Assembly: GCA_965222235.1 (NCBI GenBank)
Contig: OZ244939.1
Coordinates: forward strand, 557,942-621,941
From: Minisyncoccota bacterium
GTDB taxonomy: Bacteria; Patescibacteriota; Minisyncoccia; Phycocordibacterales; JABAAK01
DNA length: 64,000 nt
Direction of reading: 5' to 3'
Position numbers and translations under genes: made by a program
Shown here: piece by piece, positions 19,092 to 29,376 of the stretch
How positions within the stretch are numbered: the first letter of the stretch is position 1
Layout of the letters: every line of letters begins with the position of its first letter
Notes under the pieces: model-generated
What the model was told of the DNA's origin: nothing
What the model saw: the letters and a program-made list of their open reading frames with translations, nothing else
Database searches by the model: none

Positions 19092-19826
19092 CAGAGATTA
19101 GACTCTCGACTGAGATGCAACAAGTGCAGTATACACCTGAGCGGGAGTTTTCCAGTTAAGGGACTTCCTCGGGGTGTTGTTCATGAGGTGGACAATGTTG
19201 TTGAGATTCTGTTGTGCTATCGTGCTGAGATCAGTGTTCTTGGGGTAGACTCGTCTGAGCCTGCCGTTAGTGTTCTCATTCTTGCCCCGCTGTCCCGGGG
19301 AATGAGGATCACAAAAGTAGACAGTCGCTCCCGTATCCTCTTCTATCCATTTCCATAGGGTGAATTCAGAACCGCAGTCATAGGTGATTTGTCCCTGCAG
19401 CGGTCTCTTTTGCAGTGTCTCATGTACGGTGTGGGACAAACCGTCTCGTATGACTCTGGCATCAAGATACAAGCTTTTCCTCTCCACATGGGTGAGTATT
19501 CTTGTCTTTGTCGGCCCCACCAGTGTGTCTCCCTCCCGGGAGAGCCCGTCTGTCTCCGGTCTGTTGTGTATTGACCGTGTTGTACTGACCCATACTGTCC
19601 TCTTTCCTGTTTTCTTTCTTTTCTTCCTTCCTTTTCTCGGCAACCTGTCTTTGAGATCCGGTCGCTCTCTTCTTACCCGGTCATAGATTCTCTGGTGGTG
19701 TATACCACTTAGTAATGGTACTATGAGTGTACATACGCCTGTTTGGTTATGGTTAGTAACATATCCATAGTACCAAGCGGGCGTATGTGTTTTTTCTTTT
19801 TGTTGCACTTCAGGTGCGAATTCAAT
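19092..19826 (-). mobile_element. IS30-family element copy 2, inverted relative to copy 1 and carrying a ~270-bp internal deletion (removes transposase N-terminal HTH region)
   Basis: Bases 19709-19826 are the reverse complement of 11473-11590 (IS30 left end plus leader), joined directly to transposase sequence from ...GIHHQRIYDRV onward. The right-end IR is at ~19092. The transposase remnant (ORF 19098..19808, 236 aa) is otherwise about 99% identical to copy 1. Confidence 0.75.
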
Positions 19827-20198
19827 TCCGACATTGATAAACTTGATGCCAACGAAAGAGAAGTCGGCGGCATGATCGGAGACAGCGATACGGATGCTCT
19901 CACCTGGACCTACACCTCAGTGGATATCGGCAGATCAACGAACGAAGAAGGACTTATCGGCTATTGGGCACGGGTAAGTGAAAAACCAAATGTGCTGTTC
20001 AGCCATTACGACTCCGGCAAAACCACCTCACAGAGTCTCAGTACCAGCGCGGTAGGGAAAACAATCCGTGAACTGAAGGAAGGTATCCAATCAGCCCTCA
20101 GTCTGGATATGACCACCATCTACAACAGCTGGAGTGCCGACACCTGGGACTTCCGTACAACAAATCAACTCCCGAGACTCAAAACATTGAATTATTAA
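19827..20198 (+). pseudogene. 3' remnant of an unidentified gene truncated by the IS30 copy-2 insertion
   Basis: ORF 19743..20198 starts inside the IS end, so only the part from 19827 is host-derived (SDIDKLDANEREVGG...). No recognisable domain. Confidence 0.25.
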
Positions 20199-20276
20199 AG
20201 ATAGTCATGCACCTCTGAAAATCCGCCCGTGAAAACTCTTTCGGGAGATTCACGGCGGATACACCTCTTTTACCTT

Positions 20277-20588
20277 CAAGCCTTGTTCACAACCTTCTGC
20301 TTGAACTGAAAAAACATTTTGAAAACACCTCGTCCGCTCCGCCCACTCAGTAACTTTAATCCCAATCATACGCTCCAATTGCTCAGTAAACCCTTTCACC
20401 AAAGAATTCGGAGCGTCGCTCGCAAGCATGCGCAAGCTCGCATCGCGCAAATTTTTCCACTTCGCTCATCCGACTGGCGGCTTTGCCACCATCGGTAACG
20501 CCAATCACCATCTCCATTTTCTTCTGCCTTTTTTCCGCGCGGAGCGCGTGAAGGGGGCGGTACTGAATTGAAGAAGAAAATGGGGTGG
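20277..20588. repeat. R-element, left arm of a perfect 312-bp inverted repeat flanking RM cassette 2; preceded by the 19-bp core ctcttttaccttcaagcct (20265-20283)
   Basis: It is 100% identical, as the reverse complement, to 24233-24544. Every 60-nt line was checked by eye. Confidence 0.85.
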
Positions 20589-20628
20589 CGAAAGGCATGA
20601 AACAACGGAGACACCACCCTATTTTTGT

Positions 20629-21357
20629 TTAATCCCTCATTCCAATCTCTTTTTCTAATATTTTGATAAGTTCTATAATCTGTGGAATATCCAATTCGTC
20701 TATCTCAGATTTTCTCTTTATTAAATGATACCAGGAGTGTACCCGATTATTGGTTTCTGTTTTTAGTTTATCTGCAAGATTATAAAGGCGTTCCACTGCT
20801 TTGATCTTTGTACCAAAGTCACTCTTCTTATTATGTAAATTTTTGAGTATAACGCCGAAATCCCTAAGCCTTCTTTGATCTGTGTCAAAATAGAGATTTT
20901 TTTCTTTTGGATATTTTTTACAAAGTATATCTATGATTAGGTTTTCTATGATTTTTCGTGACAGGATGGAAACGGAAGTGTAGCAGCCATATGTGTACGC
21001 TTTGTTGATTTCATCAATATGTCCTTTTACAAAATGTTTGTCTGTCTCATACTCAAAGAGCACCAGTATCTCCTTCTTTTTTCTGCCACCTTCTCTTTTT
21101 ATTGCAGGTTTTGAGGTTTGGGGTATGTGTGATGGCGTTGATATAATACGTTTCTCCTCAGCAGATAATTTTTTTTGAAAGGTGGTACAAGGAACCCCTT
21201 CTTGTTTGGATATCATTACGAGAGCAACATCAGAGGAAACACTCTGTGTTCTTGATTTCCTGGAGATCCTCTCTTTTACACTTTTTCCCTTTGATCCTGT
21301 TTTTTCAGCAATTTTTTTGATCAACTTTTCTTTTGCTGATTTTTTAGTATCGTTCAT
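20629..21357 (-). CDS. Hypothetical protein of RM cassette 2; Lys-rich N-terminus, C-terminal helical domain with Rx5H (possible HEPN-like) motif
   Basis: A 242-aa AT-rich ORF with ...TETNNRVHSWYHLIKRK... No confident fold assignment. Confidence 0.4.
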   Translation of the reverse strand: MNDTKKSAKEKLIKKIAEKTGSKGKSVKERISRKSRTQSVSSDVALVMISKQEGVPCTTFQKKLSAEEKRIISTPSHIPQTSKPAIKREGGRKKKEILVLFEYETDKHFVKGHIDEINKAYTYGCYTSVSILSRKIIENLIIDILCKKYPKEKNLYFDTDQRRLRDFGVILKNLHNKKSDFGTKIKAVERLYNLADKLKTETNNRVHSWYHLIKRKSEIDELDIPQIIELIKILEKEIGMRD

Positions 21358-21361
21358 ATAT

Positions 21362-21550
21362 TTATGTCGATCTCCCGCCCCTCTTATTCTTTTCTCTGTG
21401 TAAGTAAAAACTTCTTGAAATATGTGACTGGTCTACACCAAGTATTTTTGCAATATCTTGCTGGGGTGCACCTTCCTTTGATATGATGAATACCAAGAGT
21501 CGCTTGATATCTTCCAGATCTTTCTCCATTTTACTTTCCTTTGTTTTCAT
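21362..21550 (-). CDS. Small HTH DNA-binding protein (1 of 3 tandem paralogs; controller-like)
   Basis: A 62-aa ORF with the helix-turn-helix QQDIAKILGVDQSHISR. Confidence 0.45.
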   Translation of the reverse strand: MKTKESKMEKDLEDIKRLLVFIISKEGAPQQDIAKILGVDQSHISRSFYLHREKNKRGGRST

Positions 21551-21731
21551 ATATCCATTTCTTTTTTTTATCCAGGTCTTTCAGGTATGAGTTTAATTTG
21601 CCTGTTGAGATACCTATTCTTTTTGCTATGTCGGGCTGACCTAACCCGGTTTGGTGATAAAGAAGGGCAGTAATCTGTCTCAACAGTTCTATAACTTCTT
21701 CTTCGTTGCTTTTCTTTTTTGTTCTTTGCAT
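21531..21731 (-). CDS. Small HTH DNA-binding protein (2 of 3 tandem paralogs)
   Basis: A 66-aa ORF with the helix-turn-helix QPDIAKRIGISTGKLNSYLKDL. Confidence 0.45.
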   Translation of the reverse strand: MQRTKKKSNEEEVIELLRQITALLYHQTGLGQPDIAKRIGISTGKLNSYLKDLDKKKKWIYENKGK

Positions 21732-21735
21732 AAGA

Positions 21736-21948
21736 CTATTTTTTGTTTTTTGATTTAATTACAGCAACATAGTTTTTGCTCGTGGACAGTATCTCTGCGA
21801 TTTCTTCATTGGTCAGATCGAACTCGTTGAGAAATTTAATGTTTTCTGTGGCATCAGAGTCACCCTCTCTTTTGATCATCAGGGCAATGAGTACTGACAT
21901 TTTTTTTGACAATGATCTGAGCAGATCTGTGCTTGTTTGTTGCTCCAT
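21736..21948 (-). CDS. Small HTH DNA-binding protein (3 of 3 tandem paralogs)
   Basis: A 70-aa ORF with the helix-turn-helix NEEIAEILSTSKNYVAVIKS. Confidence 0.45.
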   Translation of the reverse strand: MEQQTSTDLLRSLSKKMSVLIALMIKREGDSDATENIKFLNEFDLTNEEIAEILSTSKNYVAVIKSKNKK

Positions 21949-22065
21949 ATAATTATACTATGTTTCTTAATATTTTTATCATATACCTATATTACTTACT
22001 GTATTCAGTATACTTGAATTTCGTATAATATAGATATACCTTATATTGTATACGACACTTGATGT

Positions 22066-22824
22066 ATGTCAATATGTTTGTTATACTTTACTTATGCAAC
22101 CCAAGGCGTACACTTTGGGTATATGGATAAAATAAACGATACACAGTCTTTTGACTTATTTCTACAGAGTGTCGATCTGAATAAGTATAGGGAGAAGTAC
22201 AAGCCAATCAAATTGGTGGAGATGGATTTGCCGAGAGATATTCAGGTATTGGACCTTATGTACGAGATTTATTGGGACAAGCGAGAGTATGTTGACTTCG
22301 ATGACTTCTACAAGAGTTATGAAAAACGGTACAAGGGTGAGATAGAGTCGTTCAGAGAAAAAATAACAATGTGCCCTAATTGTTTCTATCGGGGATTGCC
22401 TGCGAGAATATACAGAACTTGGGCAAGTATTATTACACAAATACATGCCGGCTATGTTGCTGAGCGGGTATTTGGTGCTGACATGGTGCGTATGTCCACC
22501 GAGCTTGACAGAAAGAGTGCAGATATACAGGTTTCTTATAAAGGACGCACACTGAATTATCAGGTTAAGAAAGTTACAAAGAGTCGGGAGGTGCGCGTAC
22601 AAAAAACTACAAACAAGCAGTTGGAGGGTGAGGCAATAGACATCAAATATTTTGTTCCTACACAGGAAGTTTTTGAAAAACCAAAGAAACTAAATGGTGA
22701 GTACAGAAAGCCATACCGTGATTTTATGGAAAACAAAAACTTAAAGAGGTTGGATAACGGCTTTGTGGTATTTACCCCTCATGTTTTTCGTGAGAAAAAA
22801 GAAGAGATTGATGTTTCTCGTTGA
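22066..22824 (+). CDS. Hypothetical protein, candidate restriction endonuclease of RM cassette 2 (convergent with and overlapping the MTase 3' end)
   Basis: A 252-aa AT-rich ORF. The likely start is MDKIND at ~22126. It has a CPNC pair and acidic/Lys-rich motifs (STELDRKSADIQVSYKGR), but no clean PD-(D/E)xK assignment. Its position and convergent overlap with the MTase are typical of type II R genes. Confidence 0.4.
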   Translation: MSICLLYFTYATQGVHFGYMDKINDTQSFDLFLQSVDLNKYREKYKPIKLVEMDLPRDIQVLDLMYEIYWDKREYVDFDDFYKSYEKRYKGEIESFREKITMCPNCFYRGLPARIYRTWASIITQIHAGYVAERVFGADMVRMSTELDRKSADIQVSYKGRTLNYQVKKVTKSREVRVQKTTNKQLEGEAIDIKYFVPTQEVFEKPKKLNGEYRKPYRDFMENKNLKRLDNGFVVFTPHVFREKKEEIDVSR

Positions 22825-24175
22825 GTTCTTGGTTTTTTAAGAGGCCATCAGCTAGCCGGATGTATTCTTTATTAATTTCCATACCGATAAAATCATGCCC
22901 GAGCTGTTTTGCTGTAAAACACTCTGATCCGGACCCGGCGAACGGGATAAGGACTAACCCCTTTTGTTCAAGGCAGGAATTGATAAGTTTTTCTGTGAGT
23001 AAGGATGGTTTTTGTGTTGGGTGTTTGAGGGTGTTATGCTTTCTGTGTTCTTCCAAATGTTTTGCCACATATGTTTCACCACAAGTTTTACAAAGAAAAT
23101 GCCGTTCTGATCTGCCGGCACCCCCGGCAAGCGCGGGTACTTTGATAACATCTCTTGGTAGGGCACCTTTTTTGTGTGCTTTGTATATTGTTGTGCTTTC
23201 TCCCTTGCTAAATCTGCAGGATTTTGAATTTCTTGTTTTGCCAGCAGAGTTTTTGAGGAATGTTTCTGAGTACGGTTCTCTAACTGCATCTCTGAAGAAT
23301 GTTGGCTTTTTTTCTTTCCATACACATAATATGCTTTCATGACTTCGTTGCCAGAAATTGAGAGAAGCAACATTTTTATTAGTGTAATGCCAGATCAACC
23401 ATCGTTTGTTTACCTGTATGTTTGGTGTGATATGTGCCAGTATTTCACTGAATCCGTAGATAAACATGGTCCCTTCATTTTTAAGGCATCGTAATCCCTC
23501 ATTAACCCATGTGTTGCACCATCCGACATACTCATCAATCTCTCTTTTATCTTTATTATTTCCAAAATCTTTTCCTATGTTGTATGGCGGATCTGCGATG
23601 ATAACATCAACACTTACATTTGGCATCTTTCGCATTTCTATTAATGCATCTCCGTGAATTATGGTATTTTCTTTTGGTATTTCTGTATTCAGTATTCTTT
23701 TTGAAACAAGATTAACACTCTCTTGTTCTTGTGTTTCAATTTTTCCCGTTACTACACCAAGAATGTCAATCTTATTTTTAGGAAATGATAGCAATTCTCC
23801 ATTGTCAGATATTAGCGTAATATTCCTTTTTGTTACATTTTTAATTCTTTTTATGGTGTCTCCTTTTTGTGTTCTTGCAATAATAACATCATCTTGTTTT
23901 GCTTGCGTTGCGTCTTCTACAAGAATAGTTGTACCATTTTTATAGGTATGTCGCATGCTATCGCCACTCACTGTTAGGGAATAATATTTTTTATTTGGTT
24001 TTAATATGTTTTCGGGGATAGTAATTGTTGAGAAGGTGCCACATATCGCTGTGCCGAGTGAGGTTTCGGCATAAACCTTACCGAGGAAAGGTATTTTTAC
24101 ATATTTCATATATATATAGTGTAACTGGAAAATTAGGTCATGTAGAAAAATCCACCATCGTATATGGAAATCCAC
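22772..24175 (-). CDS. Fusion protein: N-terminal LexA/UmuD-like S24 serine autopeptidase domain + C-terminal beta-class DNA methyltransferase
   Basis: Residues ~60-150 read YSLTVSGDSMRHTYKNGTTILVEDATQAKQDDVIIARTQKGDTIKRIKNVTKRNITLISDNGELLSF. This aligns to LexA VRGDSM...VVVARIDDEVTVKRLKKQGNKVELLPEN, with Ser73, Lys109 and a candidate Cys-Gly cleavage site 27 residues upstream. Residues ~170-467 read IIHGDALIEM...VIIADPPYNIG ... IPFAGSGSECF, a DPPY-then-FxGxG MTase. It is a single uninterrupted ORF. The likely start is MKYVK at ~24109. Confidence 0.7.
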   Translation of the reverse strand: MDFHIRWWIFLHDLIFQLHYIYMKYVKIPFLGKVYAETSLGTAICGTFSTITIPENILKPNKKYYSLTVSGDSMRHTYKNGTTILVEDATQAKQDDVIIARTQKGDTIKRIKNVTKRNITLISDNGELLSFPKNKIDILGVVTGKIETQEQESVNLVSKRILNTEIPKENTIIHGDALIEMRKMPNVSVDVIIADPPYNIGKDFGNNKDKREIDEYVGWCNTWVNEGLRCLKNEGTMFIYGFSEILAHITPNIQVNKRWLIWHYTNKNVASLNFWQRSHESILCVWKEKKPTFFRDAVREPYSETFLKNSAGKTRNSKSCRFSKGESTTIYKAHKKGALPRDVIKVPALAGGAGRSERHFLCKTCGETYVAKHLEEHRKHNTLKHPTQKPSLLTEKLINSCLEQKGLVLIPFAGSGSECFTAKQLGHDFIGMEINKEYIRLADGLLKNQELNEKHQSLLFSHEKHEG

Positions 24176-24232
24176 TCATGCAAGAGTTCTTGCGAAATTG
24201 CATGAGCGGATTGCTAATAATTCACACCAATC

Positions 24233-24544
24233 CCACCCCATTTTCTTCTTCAATTCAGTACCGCCCCCTTCACGCGCTCCGCGCGGAAAAAAGGCAGAAG
24301 AAAATGGAGATGGTGATTGGCGTTACCGATGGTGGCAAAGCCGCCAGTCGGATGAGCGAAGTGGAAAAATTTGCGCGATGCGAGCTTGCGCATGCTTGCG
24401 AGCGACGCTCCGAATTCTTTGGTGAAAGGGTTTACTGAGCAATTGGAGCGTATGATTGGGATTAAAGTTACTGAGTGGGCGGAGCGGACGAGGTGTTTTC
24501 AAAATGTTTTTTCAGTTCAAGCAGAAGGTTGTGAACAAGGCTTG
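24233..24544. repeat. R-element, right arm of the perfect 312-bp inverted repeat; continues as a diverged extension to ~24650 that duplicates the 3' flank of tRNA-Arg(TCT)
   Basis: It is the reverse complement of 20277-20588. Bases 24540-24650 are the reverse complement of 26190-26300. Confidence 0.85.
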
Positions 24545-24771
24545 ATGGGAAGATGGAGTCCGCTTTCACGGACCTATTGATATGGCGCGCCCTATGGGCG
24601 CGCAAAAAGGGGGAAGAATAAAGGATGTGCCACGCGTTGCGTGGCACACTGATTTTTCAAAAAGATTTTTGTCCGAACGCAGAAATATTTTGTGTTGTAT
24701 ACTAACAGTGCAACCCAAGATAGTATAAGGATTAAAATCGCCTCATCAGACCGGAGTTCTTATGCTTTGGG

Positions 24772-26479
<1,708 letters not shown>

Positions 26480-26484
<5 letters not shown>

Positions 26485-27440
26485 TGGTTCAATACATTTG
26501 CACATGAGTGTACCACATCTATGGGTTTCTTAAGGTCAATGCCGAAATGCGGTCTCTCATGGTTGTAATGATGGAGGTATTGGGCGTATTGTTCTCTGAG
26601 ATCGTCATATTCTTTGAAAGGAGCCTTGTAGTAGATGAACTCCTCCTCATCAGTCCTGAACGATCGTTCAATGACGGCATTCTCGTTAGGACTTGATTTG
26701 TGAATATAGTGGTGTTTTGTACAGAGAGCAGTTACATGGGTATGGAATCTTTTTTGAAATTCAAGACCGTTATCCGTTTGGATGAATACTGTTCTGAAGG
26801 GTAGACGGTTCACTATTTCCGTCATAGCTGAAATGGCATTATTCTGATTCAGATCATTGTATATGACGGCATCCTTGTATCGGGAGTAAATGTCTATGAT
26901 GGCATACTCGAAACAGGTCCAGGGCAATCCTGTCAATTCAGGGGTGAGGTACTTCACATCCATCTGGAGGTAGCCGACGGTTTCAGCGTTCTTTGCGTGC
27001 ATATGTACTGTATTCTGACACAAGGGACGACGATGTCGCTTCTTCTGTCGTATGTAGCCACGGGCTATCAGGAACCGTTTCACCGTACTTACTGATACCG
27101 CTATACCGGTTTCCTCCCTGAGTTTCTCGGCACACCATCCCCGTTTCTGCCTCATTGCCGCAATGACTACTCTTTCCTCCCCGGAGAGTGCCGGTTCCCT
27201 CAGTCTCTTCGGTCTCGTGCTCTTCCGCTGCAGTCCCCGCATGACATACCGCGGTTCCCCGTAGGGATACGGTGACCGTGCCCGTCTCAGCCACCGGGAT
27301 ACCGTGGTTCTGTGGATACCGAGCAGTTCAGCAGTATGCTGTATATCTCTTGTTTCTTTGTATATTTGAATGATTTTCTTGGGATGTTGTCTCATACATC
27401 TGCAGTATCGCTGCTATGTGCAAATGTATTGAACCATTAA
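26480..27440 (-). mobile_element. IS481-family insertion sequence copy 2 (inverted relative to copy 1), 7-bp target duplication gatatac
   Basis: It has the same 25-bp terminal IRs as copy 1. The sequence gatatac at 26473-26479 is repeated at 27441-27447. The element sits ~90 bp from tRNA-Arg. Confidence 0.8.
26481..27395 (-). CDS. IS481-family transposase (identical to 11651..12565)
   Basis: The 304 aa are 100% identical to the copy-1 protein. Confidence 0.85.
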
Positions 27441-27643
27441 GATATACTTGATTTTTATGTGTCTGTACGATAAAATTTCTCTATATGTTCTCTATATGAA
27501 AAAAGTATTTGGTTTTCCTTGGGGTTTAGTATTCTTTTTCTTTTTATCCCTCCTTGTTTTAGTATGGGCATTTATATCTCTTTATTCTAATAACTTGGAA
27601 TACGCTTTCTATTTTTTTTAAAGAGCTTTATATTATTATTCTT

Positions 27644-28027
27644 ATGACCACATTCGGCTTTCTTTTAGTATCTGCCAGTAATCTTCTAAGCGTTGTAAGT
27701 ACCATAAGGCTGTACCCTGAATCGTTTGATGAGATTGAAGACTGGAGAAATAGAAATGTCTCTCTTAAAAAAGAAACCCTTGCCCTTTTGTTTATTTTTT
27801 TACTAGTGTCTCTTTCAACATGGCTCTTTGCTGTAGTTCCAATAGAAAAATTTTTAATAGGAGGGGGTGGTTTATATCAATTCTATCTGAACGCATCTGT
27901 TTCTATGGTTTCTCTACTTTTTATGATCGGTTCGGTCTTTTTCATGATGTATACCGCTTCACGCTTGCAAGAGGAAAACACATTTAACGCACTAAAGACA
28001 GCGAAGGATTTGAATAGTAAGGTGTAA
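27644..28027 (+). CDS. Hypothetical membrane protein
   Basis: A 127-aa ORF with 3-4 hydrophobic segments. Confidence 0.35.
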   Translation: MTTFGFLLVSASNLLSVVSTIRLYPESFDEIEDWRNRNVSLKKETLALLFIFLLVSLSTWLFAVVPIEKFLIGGGGLYQFYLNASVSMVSLLFMIGSVFFMMYTASRLQEENTFNALKTAKDLNSKV

Positions 28028-28031
28028 TTCG

Positions 28032-28673
28032 TTGCCCGAATTGCTCTTATTACCTATACTGGGCCATAGTGTTGTCACCATGAATCAGAGAAGAATATAT
28101 ATACTCATATTTTCCGTTATCGCCTTTCAGGCATTGCTCACCCTCTTTTTTGTTGTCACCATCATATATCCGGGCGAACACGCGCTGAGGAAGCAGTACT
28201 ATCAGTCCCAGTCCGCGACCCTGGTGAGTCCGCACGGTCTGCGGGAGAAGATTCTGCACGGCGACCGGTCATACATTATCGTTGACACCAGAGACAAGGA
28301 GTCATACGAGGCGGAGCATATTGTCGGTGCGGTGCACATTGAACCGGTTGAGGGTATGGTTGAGCGGTTCAGGGAGCTGCGGCAGATGTATCCGGACAGA
28401 GAGATTGTCATCTACTGCTATACCCATGTGTGCATGCGCGGCAGAAAGATCGGGAAGGTGCTCGCGGAGAACGGTCTGTATGTGCAGGAGTTGGGGATAG
28501 GGTTTAACGAATGGAAAAACTTCTGGCGTGAATGGAACTATGAGAACGAGTGGTCCGACATCACTATTTCCGACTACGTTACCGACGGTCCCGAGCCCGG
28601 TGAGTTCGCCAATCCTGTACCGAAAAAACTGTTTAATCCGTCGTGCGGGAGTGTGCCGGGGTTTGAGTGTTAA
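28032..28673 (+). CDS. Rhodanese-domain (sulfurtransferase-like) protein with N-terminal membrane anchor
   Basis: SYIIVDTRDKESYEAEHIVGAVHIEP and the active-site-like CYTHVCMRGRK loop fit the rhodanese fold. Confidence 0.55.
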   Translation: MPELLLLPILGHSVVTMNQRRIYILIFSVIAFQALLTLFFVVTIIYPGEHALRKQYYQSQSATLVSPHGLREKILHGDRSYIIVDTRDKESYEAEHIVGAVHIEPVEGMVERFRELRQMYPDREIVIYCYTHVCMRGRKIGKVLAENGLYVQELGIGFNEWKNFWREWNYENEWSDITISDYVTDGPEPGEFANPVPKKLFNPSCGSVPGFEC

Positions 28674-28683
28674 CAGCGCCGGA

Positions 28684-29376
28684 TCATCGGTCTGCGCTTG
28701 ACAGGTCAGTGAATATCGTGTATCCCCGCCATGCCCGGGAAAATGCCGTAAACGGTACAACGATATCCGGACCGCCGTGTTCGTAGTCCGGATCCTGTAT
28801 GACGAATGCATCGTCGGTCACGGCGGTGATGACGACGAGGTGTGTTGAACCGGAGCCGGGATCAAATCCACGATGCACCGAAACGATGACGGGATTCCCC
28901 GCCGCGGTCTGCTCCCGTATTTTTTTCACGCCCGCGGTAAACAGTGCCGTATCGCCGTCCGGCAGGGTAAACTCCTGGGTATATGCCGGCAGTTTCCGGT
29001 TCGTGAGCATCCGCGCGAGCGTTGAATGTTTCCATCCGATGCCGTCAAGGTATCCCCGCAGTGCCAGCGCTTCCTCAACAAGCGTGTCCGTCATAACCGG
29101 CTGTCCCGCAACGCCGAGCACCATGCCGACGCAGGCGATACCGCACCCCCGTTTCTCCCATCCGGTAATATCCCTCTGGTTGATGTACATACGATAGTAA
29201 GTATACAGCAGAAATGTAGACGACGGACAGCCCGGACAATTGTGGAAAACAATGTTGATAACAAGTGGAAAAAATGCTGCGAAATACTTGAAAAGAACAC
29301 TGTTGTATGGTACATATATTGTGTAAGCACGGTAACGGGCGTTGTAGATATGAAAAACACAATGTACATAACTCAT
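28684..29376 (-). CDS. Papain-like cysteine peptidase (C39-like, Peptidase_C39_2-type)
   Basis: It has GWEKRGCGIACVGMVL (Cys nucleophile) and a later H in DPGSGSTHLVVI. The ORF track start probably over-extends. The likely start is MYINQRD at ~29190. Confidence 0.5.
   Translation of the reverse strand: MSYVHCVFHIYNARYRAYTIYVPYNSVLFKYFAAFFPLVINIVFHNCPGCPSSTFLLYTYYRMYINQRDITGWEKRGCGIACVGMVLGVAGQPVMTDTLVEEALALRGYLDGIGWKHSTLARMLTNRKLPAYTQEFTLPDGDTALFTAGVKKIREQTAAGNPVIVSVHRGFDPGSGSTHLVVITAVTDDAFVIQDPDYEHGGPDIVVPFTAFSRAWRGYTIFTDLSSADR

Noticed and set aside
20383-20617. Small ORFs inside R-elements (20383..20598, 20396..20617, 24025..24438, 24198..24425, 45051..45350, 49674..49937) sharing peptide stretches such as APLR(C/Y)APILV
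   Set aside because: The conservation is explained by nucleotide-level repeat homology, and the frames are not consistently preserved between copies. They are treated as non-coding repeat sequence.
22066-22126. Upstream extension MSICLLYFTYATQGVHFGYM of the candidate REase
   Set aside because: The likely true start is the internal MDKIND methionine. The extension overlaps the divergent promoter region, so the reported CDS keeps the ORF-track start but flags the uncertainty.
24590-24625. GC-rich hairpin gcgcgccc-tat-gggcgcgc as a possible Rho-independent terminator
   Set aside because: The stem is followed by an A-run, not a T-run, on either strand. The hairpin is part of the duplicated tRNA-Arg flank and recurs at 26250-26275, so it is more likely a recombination-site feature.
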